A stretch of DNA of 63,405 nt, filler included, from Anaerolineae bacterium (GTDB lineage Bacteria; Chloroflexota; Anaerolineae; B4-G1; DUEL01), in the NCBI GenBank assembly GCA_041082215.1. It is 7 parts of 7 records of this genome, joined end to end, with 100 filler letters (N's around TTAATTAATTAA, not from the genome) between each part and the next. Parts side by side here need not be neighbours in the genome. Positions count along the whole stretch, not along the records: positions 46,000 to 60,560 come from JBDOIF010000088.1; positions 60,661 to 62,257 come from JBDOIF010000144.1; positions 62,358 to 63,405 come from JBDOIF010000146.1; 4 more parts are not named here. The stretch is one strand, 5' to 3'. Each line of letters starts with the position of its first letter. The first letter of the stretch is position 1. The notes under the pieces are model-generated. The model saw only the letters and a list, made by a program, of their open reading frames with translations. It made no database searches and was not told the DNA's origin. This document shows positions 55,999 through 63,405 of this stretch, one piece after another. Both the position numbers and the translations under genes were made by a program.

Positions 55999-58593
55999 GT
56001 GGAGGTCATTCTGACCCACGAGAACGCCGATTTCGACGCCATCGCGTCGCTTCTGGGGGCCTACAAACTCTTCCCCGAGGCCACACCGGTCCTGCCGCGC
56101 CGCATCAACCGGAACTGCCGCGCGTTTCTCTCCCTTTATGGCGCTGAGCTTCCTTTCGTTGACCCCGACGACCTCCCCCGCCGCCGCATCCGCCGGGCCA
56201 TCCTGGTGGACACCCAGGGGCTGACCAGCCTCAAGGGGATGGTGCAGGACCTGAAGGTACACATCATTGACCATCATGAGCTGAGCCGTGAGCTTCCCGA
56301 GGGCTGGAGCTACTCCGGCGAGCCGATGGGGGCGACGACGACGCTTCTAACAGAGGAGATCTCCCGTCGTTCCCTCTCCGTCACCCCCATCGAGGCGACC
56401 CTCCTCCTGATGGGCATCTACGAAGACACGGGCAGCCTCTCCTACCTGACCACGACCCCTCGCGACATCCGGGCAGCCGCCTGGCTGATGGAGCAGGGGG
56501 CCAACCTGGCCGTCGTCAACGAATTCCTCCATCACCCCCTCACCCCTGGCCAGCGGGAGCTGTACGAGCGACTGCTGGATGCAGCGGTCACCCACGACAT
56601 CGCTGGCCACGCCATTGTCGTCGCCCAGGCTCAGGCAAGCGATTACGAAGAGGAAATCTCCACCCTGGCCCACAAGCTGAGGGAGCTTCTGGAACCCTCC
56701 GCCCTCTTCGTCCTGGTCGCCCTCGACGACCACGTCCAGCTTGTGGCCCGCTCGGCCACCGACGACATAGACGTTGCTGCCATCGCCACCCACTTCGGCG
56801 GAGGGGGACATGCCCGGGCCGCCGCCGCAATGGTCCGCAACCGGACGCTGGAGTCGGTCCACGCCGAACTCCTGGACCTGCTGAGCCGCTCTGTCCGCCC
56901 CATCGTCACCGTCGGCCAGATCATGTCGCGGGGGGTCCAGGTCCTCTCCCCCGACACCACCGTGGCGGAGGCGGACGACCGGATGCGGCGGACCGGCCAC
57001 GAGGGATATCCGGTGGTGGAGAACGGGGAAGTGGTGGGGCTGCTCACCCGCCGGGCGGTGGACCGGGCCCTCCAGTTCGGCATGGCCGCTCATCCCGTCC
57101 GGCAGGTGATGGAGCCGGGCACCGTCACTGTGGCCCCCGACGATTCGGTGGAAAGGCTCCAGCGGCTGATGATCGAGACCGGATGGGGGCAGGTGCCGGT
57201 GGTGGAGGAAGGCGAGATCGTCGGCGTGGTCACCCGCACCGACCTGATCACCCTCTGGGGCACACCCCCTACCCAGCCCGGGCAGGCACAAATTCAGGCC
57301 CGTCTGGAAAACGCCCTTCCCCCTCAGACCCTCGCCCTCGTCCGGCGGATCGCCGAGGAGGCGCAGAGGATGGGGTACAGCCTCTATTTTGTGGGGGGGC
57401 TGGTGCGGGACCTGCTGCTGGGCGCTCCGATCGTGGATGTGGACGTGGTGGTGGAGGGAGACGCCATCCGGCTGGCCCAACACCTGGCGCGACAGTTGGG
57501 GGGACGGGTGGTCGCCCACAGCCGCTTCGGCACCGCCAAGTGGCTCCTCAGCCGCCGGGTCTGGCGGGAGGTGGCCGGCGGGCCGCTGCCCCCTGAAAAG
57601 GCTATCTCCTCGGTGGACTTCGCCACAGCCCGTACCGAATTCTACACCCACCCCACCGCCCTGCCCGAGGTGGAGCGGAGCTCCATCAAGCAGGACCTCC
57701 ACCGGCGGGATTTCACCATCAACACGCTGGCGATCCGGCTGGACCCCCCTTACTGGGGACAGCTTCTGGATTTCTACGGCGGCGAGGCGGACCTGCGGGA
57801 CGGGGTGATCCGGGTGCTCCACAGCCTCAGTTTCATAGACGACCCCACCCGCATCCTCCGGGCTGCCCGGCTGGAGGCCCGCCTGGGGTTCCATCTTGAC
57901 CCCCGCAGCGAGGAGCTGATCGCCAACGCCCTGCCGATGTTGAGCCGCGTCAGCGGCGACCGGATCCGCCACGAGCTGGAGCAGATTCTGGACGAGGAGG
58001 AGCCGGAACGGGCCCTCTGCCGCCTCGATAGCCTGGGGGTCCTCCACGAGATCCACCCCAACCTCCGCTGTGACCACTGGCTCTCCGCCCGCTTTCGGAC
58101 GTTGCGGGAGGAGCTGGACCTGGAGGCGTGGGGGTTATCTCCCCAGGATCGCCGCTTTCTGGGGTGGGCGCTGCTCTTCTACCGGCTGGAGCCTTCGCCG
58201 CTGGCGGAGGTGCTCAAGCGGCTCAAGTTCCCCCGTGCGGAGGCAGACGACTTTCAGGAGCTGCCGGGCCTGCGGCGCGCTCTGCCGGTTGTCGCCCTTG
58301 CCCGGCGCCCCAGCCAGGTCTACCGTGCCCTTTCTCCCTATCCCCCCTCCCTCCTTGCTGCTGCGTGGGTCGCCACTGAGGGGGAAAAGCTGCGCGCCAA
58401 CCTGCTCCGTTTCCAGACCGAATATCGGCGCGTTGAGACAGCGCTGACGGGGGAGGACCTCAAGCGGATGGGGCTGCGGCCCGGTCCGCTCTTCGGCCGC
58501 CTTCTGGGAGCTCTGCGGGACGCGCGGCTCGATGGGGAGGTCGCCACGCGGGAGGAGGAGGAAGCCCTGCTGCGTCGGATGCTGGAAGCGTGA
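55999..58593 (+). CDS. DHH-DHHA1-CBS-CBS fused tRNA nucleotidyltransferase (A-adding or CCA-adding)
   Basis: THENADFD, IDHH, EDTG, GGGGH; two CBS; VGG.VRD, DVDVV, RRDFTIN, SFIDDPTRILR. Confidence 0.92.
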   Translation: MEVILTHENADFDAIASLLGAYKLFPEATPVLPRRINRNCRAFLSLYGAELPFVDPDDLPRRRIRRAILVDTQGLTSLKGMVQDLKVHIIDHHELSRELPEGWSYSGEPMGATTTLLTEEISRRSLSVTPIEATLLLMGIYEDTGSLSYLTTTPRDIRAAAWLMEQGANLAVVNEFLHHPLTPGQRELYERLLDAAVTHDIAGHAIVVAQAQASDYEEEISTLAHKLRELLEPSALFVLVALDDHVQLVARSATDDIDVAAIATHFGGGGHARAAAAMVRNRTLESVHAELLDLLSRSVRPIVTVGQIMSRGVQVLSPDTTVAEADDRMRRTGHEGYPVVENGEVVGLLTRRAVDRALQFGMAAHPVRQVMEPGTVTVAPDDSVERLQRLMIETGWGQVPVVEEGEIVGVVTRTDLITLWGTPPTQPGQAQIQARLENALPPQTLALVRRIAEEAQRMGYSLYFVGGLVRDLLLGAPIVDVDVVVEGDAIRLAQHLARQLGGRVVAHSRFGTAKWLLSRRVWREVAGGPLPPEKAISSVDFATARTEFYTHPTALPEVERSSIKQDLHRRDFTINTLAIRLDPPYWGQLLDFYGGEADLRDGVIRVLHSLSFIDDPTRILRAARLEARLGFHLDPRSEELIANALPMLSRVSGDRIRHELEQILDEEEPERALCRLDSLGVLHEIHPNLRCDHWLSARFRTLREELDLEAWGLSPQDRRFLGWALLFYRLEPSPLAEVLKRLKFPRAEADDFQELPGLRRALPVVALARRPSQVYRALSPYPPSLLAAAWVATEGEKLRANLLRFQTEYRRVETALTGEDLKRMGLRPGPLFGRLLGALRDARLDGEVATREEEEALLRRMLEA

Positions 58594-58615
58594 CAGCTCA
58601 CGAATCCCACGAATT

Positions 58616-59899
58616 TTATGAGACGGGCATCACCACCCGCGCGGCCTCTTTCAGTGCGTAGGCTGCTGCCATGCCCGCCGCAGCCGTGAGGATGCCGGCC
58701 GCCACAAAGACCGTCTGCACGCCTATAAAGTGGCCCAGGAAAGCGGAGAGTCCCTCCGCCAGGGCCGTCCCCGCCGCGACGATGAGGTTCACCGCTGACT
58801 GGACGCGCCCTCGCACCTCATCGGGGGAGAGAGCCTGCGTGAAGGTGTCCAGCGCTCCCCGGGCGATGACGACGCACAGCCCCAGCACCATCACACTGAG
58901 CAGGACGACGGCGTAGTTGGGGGCGCAGGCGAAGGCGACGACGGCCGCCCCCGCCACAACCAGCATGCCACCGACGATGACGTTGGTGGAGAGGCGGCGG
59001 GAGAGCCGGGTGACCAGTAGCCCTCCCAGAACGGAGCCGACGCCCAGCATACTCATTGCCCCCCCGTACTCCAGCCCGCCCGCTTCCAGGCGAGCCTTGA
59101 GGTGGGGGATGGCCAGGAGCACCACCGCGCCGATCCCCAGCGTTGCCACCGCGGTGATGTAGAGTACATGGCGGAGGGGACGGGCCCGTCGAATGAAATT
59201 CAGCCCCGCCTTCATGTCCTGCCACATGTTCCCCTGGACCGTTAGCCCGGGTGCCCCATTCTGCAGAGGGGGAATTTGTAGAAGGAAGATAGTAACGGCG
59301 GAGATCACAAAGGTGGCGCTGTCGAAAAGGATCGCCGCCTGCATTCCCCATAATTCCACTGTGATCCCCGCCACCATCGGCCCCAGGATGAGGGCGATGA
59401 TATAGCTACCCTGGATCAGGCCGTTGGCTGCCAGCAGGAGGCCGTTCGGGACGATGTTGGGGAGCGTCGCGTTGCGGGCAGGGTAGAAGAAGGTTCCCAG
59501 GACAGCCAGCCCCGCTGCCACCAGGTAGAGGAGCCAGAGGAGTCCTGTCGTCCGCACCAGGAGAACCGCCAGCACCAGCGCCGCCCGCAGCAGGTCAGCG
59601 GCGATCATCACCCGCTTTCGGTCCCACCGGTCGGCCACCACGCCGCCAAGGAGGCCGAAGAAGACCTGGGGCACGGCGATGGAAAGGGCCGGGATGAGAA
59701 TGGCCAGGGGGGAGGCGGAGAGGTCAGTGATGAGAGTGATTGCGGCGATGAGCAGGCACTGGTCGCCGATCTGTGAGAGCAACTGCCCGGCCCAGAGGAG
59801 GACAAAATCCCGATGGTGCAGCAACCGGTATGTCCCCTGTTGTGGATGGACCCGTCGGGCAGACGGCACGGCTTCGATCTCTACCGGTGTCTCCTGCAA
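58616..59899 (-). CDS. MFS transporter (DHA3/macrolide-efflux-like)
   Basis: F.LLW.GQ.LS.IGD, GVVADRWDRKRVM..ADL.R, 12 hydrophobic segments. Confidence 0.9.
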   Translation of the reverse strand: MQETPVEIEAVPSARRVHPQQGTYRLLHHRDFVLLWAGQLLSQIGDQCLLIAAITLITDLSASPLAILIPALSIAVPQVFFGLLGGVVADRWDRKRVMIAADLLRAALVLAVLLVRTTGLLWLLYLVAAGLAVLGTFFYPARNATLPNIVPNGLLLAANGLIQGSYIIALILGPMVAGITVELWGMQAAILFDSATFVISAVTIFLLQIPPLQNGAPGLTVQGNMWQDMKAGLNFIRRARPLRHVLYITAVATLGIGAVVLLAIPHLKARLEAGGLEYGGAMSMLGVGSVLGGLLVTRLSRRLSTNVIVGGMLVVAGAAVVAFACAPNYAVVLLSVMVLGLCVVIARGALDTFTQALSPDEVRGRVQSAVNLIVAAGTALAEGLSAFLGHFIGVQTVFVAAGILTAAAGMAAAYALKEAARVVMPVS

Positions 59900-60079
59900 T
59901 CTTTTCCCCCTGGAAAGTTCCGATCCTCGTTCTAACCTGATGGAGCAACGGGCGCGGGATCTCTTCCCTCCTTACGCTCATTCGGGCGAAGCTATTGTAC
60001 TCGAAAGCGGGAGGGGCGCAAGTGAGCGTTTTTCCGGTGATGTTGAATTCTGCCACCTCGTGGTGCAGGTTGTCGGTCT

Positions 60080-60106
60080 GTAGCGCAGGTTGACGGCCTG
60101 CGCTAC
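60080..60106. repeat. GTAG-type REP-like palindrome, with partial tandem unit at 60060-60079
   Basis: GTAGCGCAGGTTGACGGCCTGCGCTAC. Confidence 0.75.
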
Positions 60107-60211
60107 GAGGTTGCGCTTGCCTAACGGCCAAAATGGAGTACACTAAGGGAAATGAACTGCCTGGTAGCCCAGCACCATCAACCTGTGGCAACCGGGCGAG
60201 GAGCAAGCAGC

Positions 60212-60511
60212 GTGGTCAAGTTATTGATGGGGTGGAACATTATCCCGGGGCGGGAAAGCGAGTATTTTGACTTCATTGTCCAGGAATTCGAGCCGGGGCT
60301 TTCGGACCTGGGGCTGCAGACCACCGACGTCTGGTACACCCTCTACGGGGAATGGCCCCAGATCGTGACGGGCACTGTGGCCCGGGACATGAAGGCGATG
60401 CAGCAAGTGTTGGCCTCGAAGCGGTGGCGGGACCTGAAGGAGCGTCTGCTTCAGTTTGTCACCGACTACCAGCAGAAGATCATCCGCGCCGACGGGGGAT
60501 ACCAGCTATAG
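60212..60511 (+). CDS. Conserved hypothetical protein (dimeric alpha/beta barrel-like)
   Basis: GAGGAG SD, GTG start, KLLM.W.I.PG.E.EYF.F pattern, followed by hairpin. Confidence 0.7.
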   Translation: MVKLLMGWNIIPGRESEYFDFIVQEFEPGLSDLGLQTTDVWYTLYGEWPQIVTGTVARDMKAMQQVLASKRWRDLKERLLQFVTDYQQKIIRADGGYQL

Positions 60512-60534
60512 GCCCTCATCGGCCCAGAAAACAG

Positions 60535-60560
60535 ACGGGCACGACTTTCGTCGTGCCCGT
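60535..60560 (+). terminator. Hairpin after the hypothetical gene (T-tail not visible, contig end)
   Basis: ACGGGCACGAC-tttc-GTCGTGCCCGT. Confidence 0.6.
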
Positions 60561-60660
60561 NNNNNNNNNNNNNNNNNNNNNNNNNNNNNNNNNNNNNNNN
60601 NNNNTTAATTAATTAANNNNNNNNNNNNNNNNNNNNNNNNNNNNNNNNNNNNNNNNNNNN
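60561..60660. other. Artificial contig spacer
   Basis: N-run + TTAATTAATTAA + N-run. Confidence 0.99.
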
Positions 60661-61047
60661 CTCCGGATGGCGGGGGCCGGAGTACTCGGTGGAGCGGACG
60701 TCGTAGAGGCCGGGTTCGTCAAACCGCCAGAGGATGCGGTTCTCATACCCCGGAACCACCTGCATCTGGAAGACCATCCGGCCGTCCTTGCGGAAGACGC
60801 CGAAGCCGTAGGTGACATCCTGACTGATGGCGATGAACTCTATGAACTCCCCGGCCTTCACCTGAACCCTCTGGGACGGAAGGCGGATTTCAGAGTCCGC
60901 AAACTCCACCCGGACCTGCTGCCGGGGGACGGGACGGTCCCAGAGCATCCATTTCTGCCAGGGCACGACCGGGGAGAGAGTGACGGCGTTGACCAGCAGG
61001 AAGACGACGACCAGTACCCCAAGCCAGATGCGCTCTTCCCGGTCCAT
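60661..61047 (-). CDS. Heme-copper oxidase subunit II-like cupredoxin lacking CuA ligands (truncated)
   Basis: Single TM, SQDVTYGF, QVVPGY.N, F.EPG.Y.VRSTEYSGPRH. Confidence 0.8.
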
Positions 61048-61048
61048 G

Positions 61049-61153
61049 CTACCCTCCTTTCTGCCGCACCTTGGCGGCGAAGTAGAGCATAAAGAGGACG
61101 ACGGCGACGACAAAGGCTGTGTAGGCCCACCAGACTGTTTCGGTGATGTACAT
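61049..61153 (-). CDS. 34-aa single-TM peptide, subunit IIa (CbaD)-like
   Basis: Not in ORF track. AAAGGAGGAG SD; MYITETVWWAYTAFVVAVVLFMLYFAAKVRQKGG; stop 1 nt before subunit II ATG. Confidence 0.75.
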   Translation of the reverse strand: MYITETVWWAYTAFVVAVVLFMLYFAAKVRQKGG

Positions 61154-61198
61154 TTTGCTCCTCCTTTCCGTGAAAATGCAGGGTATCCGGCCCCGGGC

Positions 61199-62257
61199 TC
61201 ACAGGCACAATTCTCCCGCGCACTCCGGCCCGCACTCGTAGGAGATGGCGCTGTGGGTGGGAAACAGAAGCGCCAGCAGCCAGTTCAGCGCCACCCGCAG
61301 CCGGTTCTGCCAGCCGACCAGCCGCAGGAGGTAGTAGAACTTCCACATTGCCCAGGCGGAGAAGCCGCGCAGGTGGTGGCCGAAGGGGTCCGCCACGCCG
61401 GAGAGGCGGCCCAGGGAGACCAGGTCGCCGATGTAGGTAAAATCAAAAGGGCGGGGCGTGCCGCCGATGAGGTCGGCGGCGATGTTGGCGGCCGCCACCG
61501 GTGCCTGCCGGTAGGCCACCTGCGCGGTGGGCGGATAGACCTCCCCGGTCTGTGGGTGACGGGCGTGTGCTGCGTCTCCCAGGACATAGACGTTGGGCAT
61601 ACCGGGGACCCGCAGGTATGGGTCCACGACCACCCGGCCCAGGGGGTCTTTCTCCAGGGGGAGTGTCGCCACCACCAGATGGGCCCGCACCCCAGCCGCC
61701 CAGACCACCGCTTCGGTGGGGAGCGGCGGACGGTCGTCGGCGAAGACCAGTCCTTCATCCGTCCAGTCCCGCACCCGGGTGTTGAGCAGGACCTCTATGC
61801 CCATCCGCCGCATCCGCTGGAGCGCCGTCCGGGAGAGGGTGCGGTCCATCTGGGGCAGGACCCGGTCCTGCAACTCCACCAGAACGGTCCGCACTTCCTC
61901 CACGGGGATGTGGGGATACTGTTCCTCCCGCAGGTGGAGCAGGAACTCCCGCAGTTCGGTGACGGTCTCCACGCCGGTGCAGCCGCCGCCCACCACGACG
62001 AAAGTCAACAACCGGCGGCGCCGTTCCGGGTCCCTCTCGCGGGTTGCCGCCTCAAAGCGGTTGATGACGTGACAGCGCATCCGCTCCGCGTCGGCGGCCG
62101 TCTTAATCTCCAGAGCCCGGCCCCGGAGGGACTCCAGGCCGTAGAAGTTGGTCACTGAGCCCAGGGCAATCACCAGGATGTCGTAGGGCAGGACGATGCA
62201 ACAGAGTTGCACCCGGCGGTGTTCCAGGTCAATCCTGTCCACGCGGGCGCGCAGGAA
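61199..62257 (-). CDS. Type II NADH:quinone oxidoreductase family FAD oxidoreductase (N-terminus lost)
   Basis: YDILVIALGS, VVVGGGCTGVE, VWAAGV, VLGD.A, PPTAQVA, LVSLG. Confidence 0.88.
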   Translation of the reverse strand, partial: FLRARVDRIDLEHRRVQLCCIVLPYDILVIALGSVTNFYGLESLRGRALEIKTAADAERMRCHVINRFEAATRERDPERRRRLLTFVVVGGGCTGVETVTELREFLLHLREEQYPHIPVEEVRTVLVELQDRVLPQMDRTLSRTALQRMRRMGIEVLLNTRVRDWTDEGLVFADDRPPLPTEAVVWAAGVRAHLVVATLPLEKDPLGRVVVDPYLRVPGMPNVYVLGDAAHARHPQTGEVYPPTAQVAYRQAPVAAANIAADLIGGTPRPFDFTYIGDLVSLGRLSGVADPFGHHLRGFSAWAMWKFYYLLRLVGWQNRLRVALNWLLALLFPTHSAISYECGPECAGELCL

Positions 62258-62357
62258 NNNNNNNNNNNNNNNNNNNNNNNNNNNNNNNNNNNNNNNNNNN
62301 NTTAATTAATTAANNNNNNNNNNNNNNNNNNNNNNNNNNNNNNNNNNNNNNNNNNNN
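62258..62357. other. Artificial contig spacer
   Basis: N-run + TTAATTAATTAA + N-run. Confidence 0.99.
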
Positions 62358-62963
62358 CGTGCGGGTGGGGGTGGATGTCGGCGTCGGCGTGCGGGTGGGG
62401 GTGGATGTTGGCGTCGGCGTGCGGGTGGGGGTGGATGTTGGCGTCGGTGTCGGCGTCGGCGGCGTCAGCGGGATGGGGGTCGGAGAGGCCGTCGGTGTAG
62501 GAGATGGAACCGGTGTAAAGGTCGCGGTGGCGCGCGGGCGTATCCGGGTGGGTGTGGGCGATGGGGTTGGGGATGGTTGGGGAGTTGGGGAAGGAGAGGG
62601 AGGCACACGCGTGGCGGTTGCAGTTGCGGTGGTCTGAGGTGTCGCCGTCGCTGTGGGAATCGGGACGAATACCTGCGGTGGAATCACCGCTACCGGCCCC
62701 AGGGGCGTCAGGATGCGACGGAGGTCCCAGAGCGGGGTCATAATCTCGGGGCGCAGAGGTTCTATCATCGGCAGGGGCGTGGCAACGGCCTGGTCCGGGT
62801 CTATCTCGGAGCCCATTCCAGCTGCAGCTTTCCACTCTCGTGGCAGCCGGATAGCGACCTCGGCGGAGAGGAGGATACAGGCAAACCCGATCACCAGGAT
62901 GAGGGCGAATATCGTCCACTCACTCCGTCCCCAGCGCCGACCGACCAAAGGACGCTCTGTCAT
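62358..62963 (-). CDS. Membrane-anchored Pro/Thr-rich protein (C-terminus lost)
   Basis: N-terminal TM, then TPTP linker encoded by a 30-bp tandem repeat (62358-62447). Confidence 0.75.
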
Positions 62964-62990
62964 CTTGTTCACCCCTGAGGTTTGTTCTCT

Positions 62991-63405
62991 TTATGGTCCT
63001 GCTTGCAGCGGGAGATAGATCGTGAACGTGCTCCCCACGCCGGGCTCGCTGGCGACCTGAATCTGCCCTCCGTGAGCTTCCACGATGGCTCGGGTGATAT
63101 AGAGGCCCAGGCCCAGTCCCCGGACGGTATCATCCCCTGTTGGGATTCCCCGGTAAAAGCGAGTGAACAGGTGTTTCTGAATCTCCGGCGGGATGCCCAC
63201 ACCGGTATCGGCAACTTCCAGAACCAGCCAGTCATCCTGAGTGGAAATTCGCAGTGTAATGGTACCTCCCGGGGGGGTGTACTGGGAGGCGTTTCGGAGC
63301 AGGTTGATGAGAGCCCAGCGCAGCCGCTCGGAGTCAGCCGTGATGGACGGGAGATGGTCGGGTATCTCCGTCCGGAAAGTGACTCCGTTCCCTTCTATCC
63401 GTGGC
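62991..63405 (-). CDS. Sensor histidine kinase, C-terminal HATPase domain (runs off window end)
   Basis: ADSERLRWALINLLRNA.QYT, VADTGVGI, FTRFYR, GLGLGL, GSTF. Confidence 0.9.
   Translation of the reverse strand, partial: PRIEGNGVTFRTEIPDHLPSITADSERLRWALINLLRNASQYTPPGGTITLRISTQDDWLVLEVADTGVGIPPEIQKHLFTRFYRGIPTGDDTVRGLGLGLYITRAIVEAHGGQIQVASEPGVGSTFTIYLPLQAGP

Noticed and set aside
62358..62447. 30-bp tandem repeat
   Set aside because: Encodes an ordinary Pro/Thr linker and probably caused the assembly break

Overview
GC-rich bacterial DNA, most likely an anaerobic Chloroflexota (Anaerolineae-like) genome bin. That assignment is inferred from the beta' insertion, the GAF-rich kinases and a C-terminal YLPLV motif. 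The window is seven contig pieces joined by six 100-nt N/TTAATTAATTAA spacers, so adjacency across spacers is meaningless. Piece 1 (1-25530): DUF433, pdxTS, rpsU-yqeY-pgpH-ybeY-dgkA-greA-UDG, def, a cNMP/bPH membrane protein, a BMP-type ABC operon with thrC-like and dppA genes, a GNAT-like gene, a divergent TIM, a phosphodiesterase-like gene, a ROK kinase and a stand-alone rpoC. Piece 2 (25631-37060): an apparently novel redox operon, hdrA-mvhDGA-(GcvH/LbpA-like lipoyl carrier)-hexaheme c/cyt b fusion-heptaheme c/NarI fusion-HdrD-like-two-component genes. Piece 3: S8 protease and uvsE. Piece 4: FTR1 start and a Crp/Fnr-controlled ferredoxin-FprA-hemerythrin operon. Piece 5: a KaiC-centred signalling island, a DHH-CBS tRNA nucleotidyltransferase and an MFS. 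Piece 6: NDH-2 plus a CuA-less oxidase subunit II and a tiny subunit-IIa-like peptide. Piece 7: a histidine kinase end and a Pro/Thr-rich protein. Non-coding DNA holds a 190-bp MITE family (4 copies, 8-bp flanking repeats at two) and many REP-like or periodic palindromes, some read in frame inside genes. No rRNA, tRNA or CRISPR was seen.
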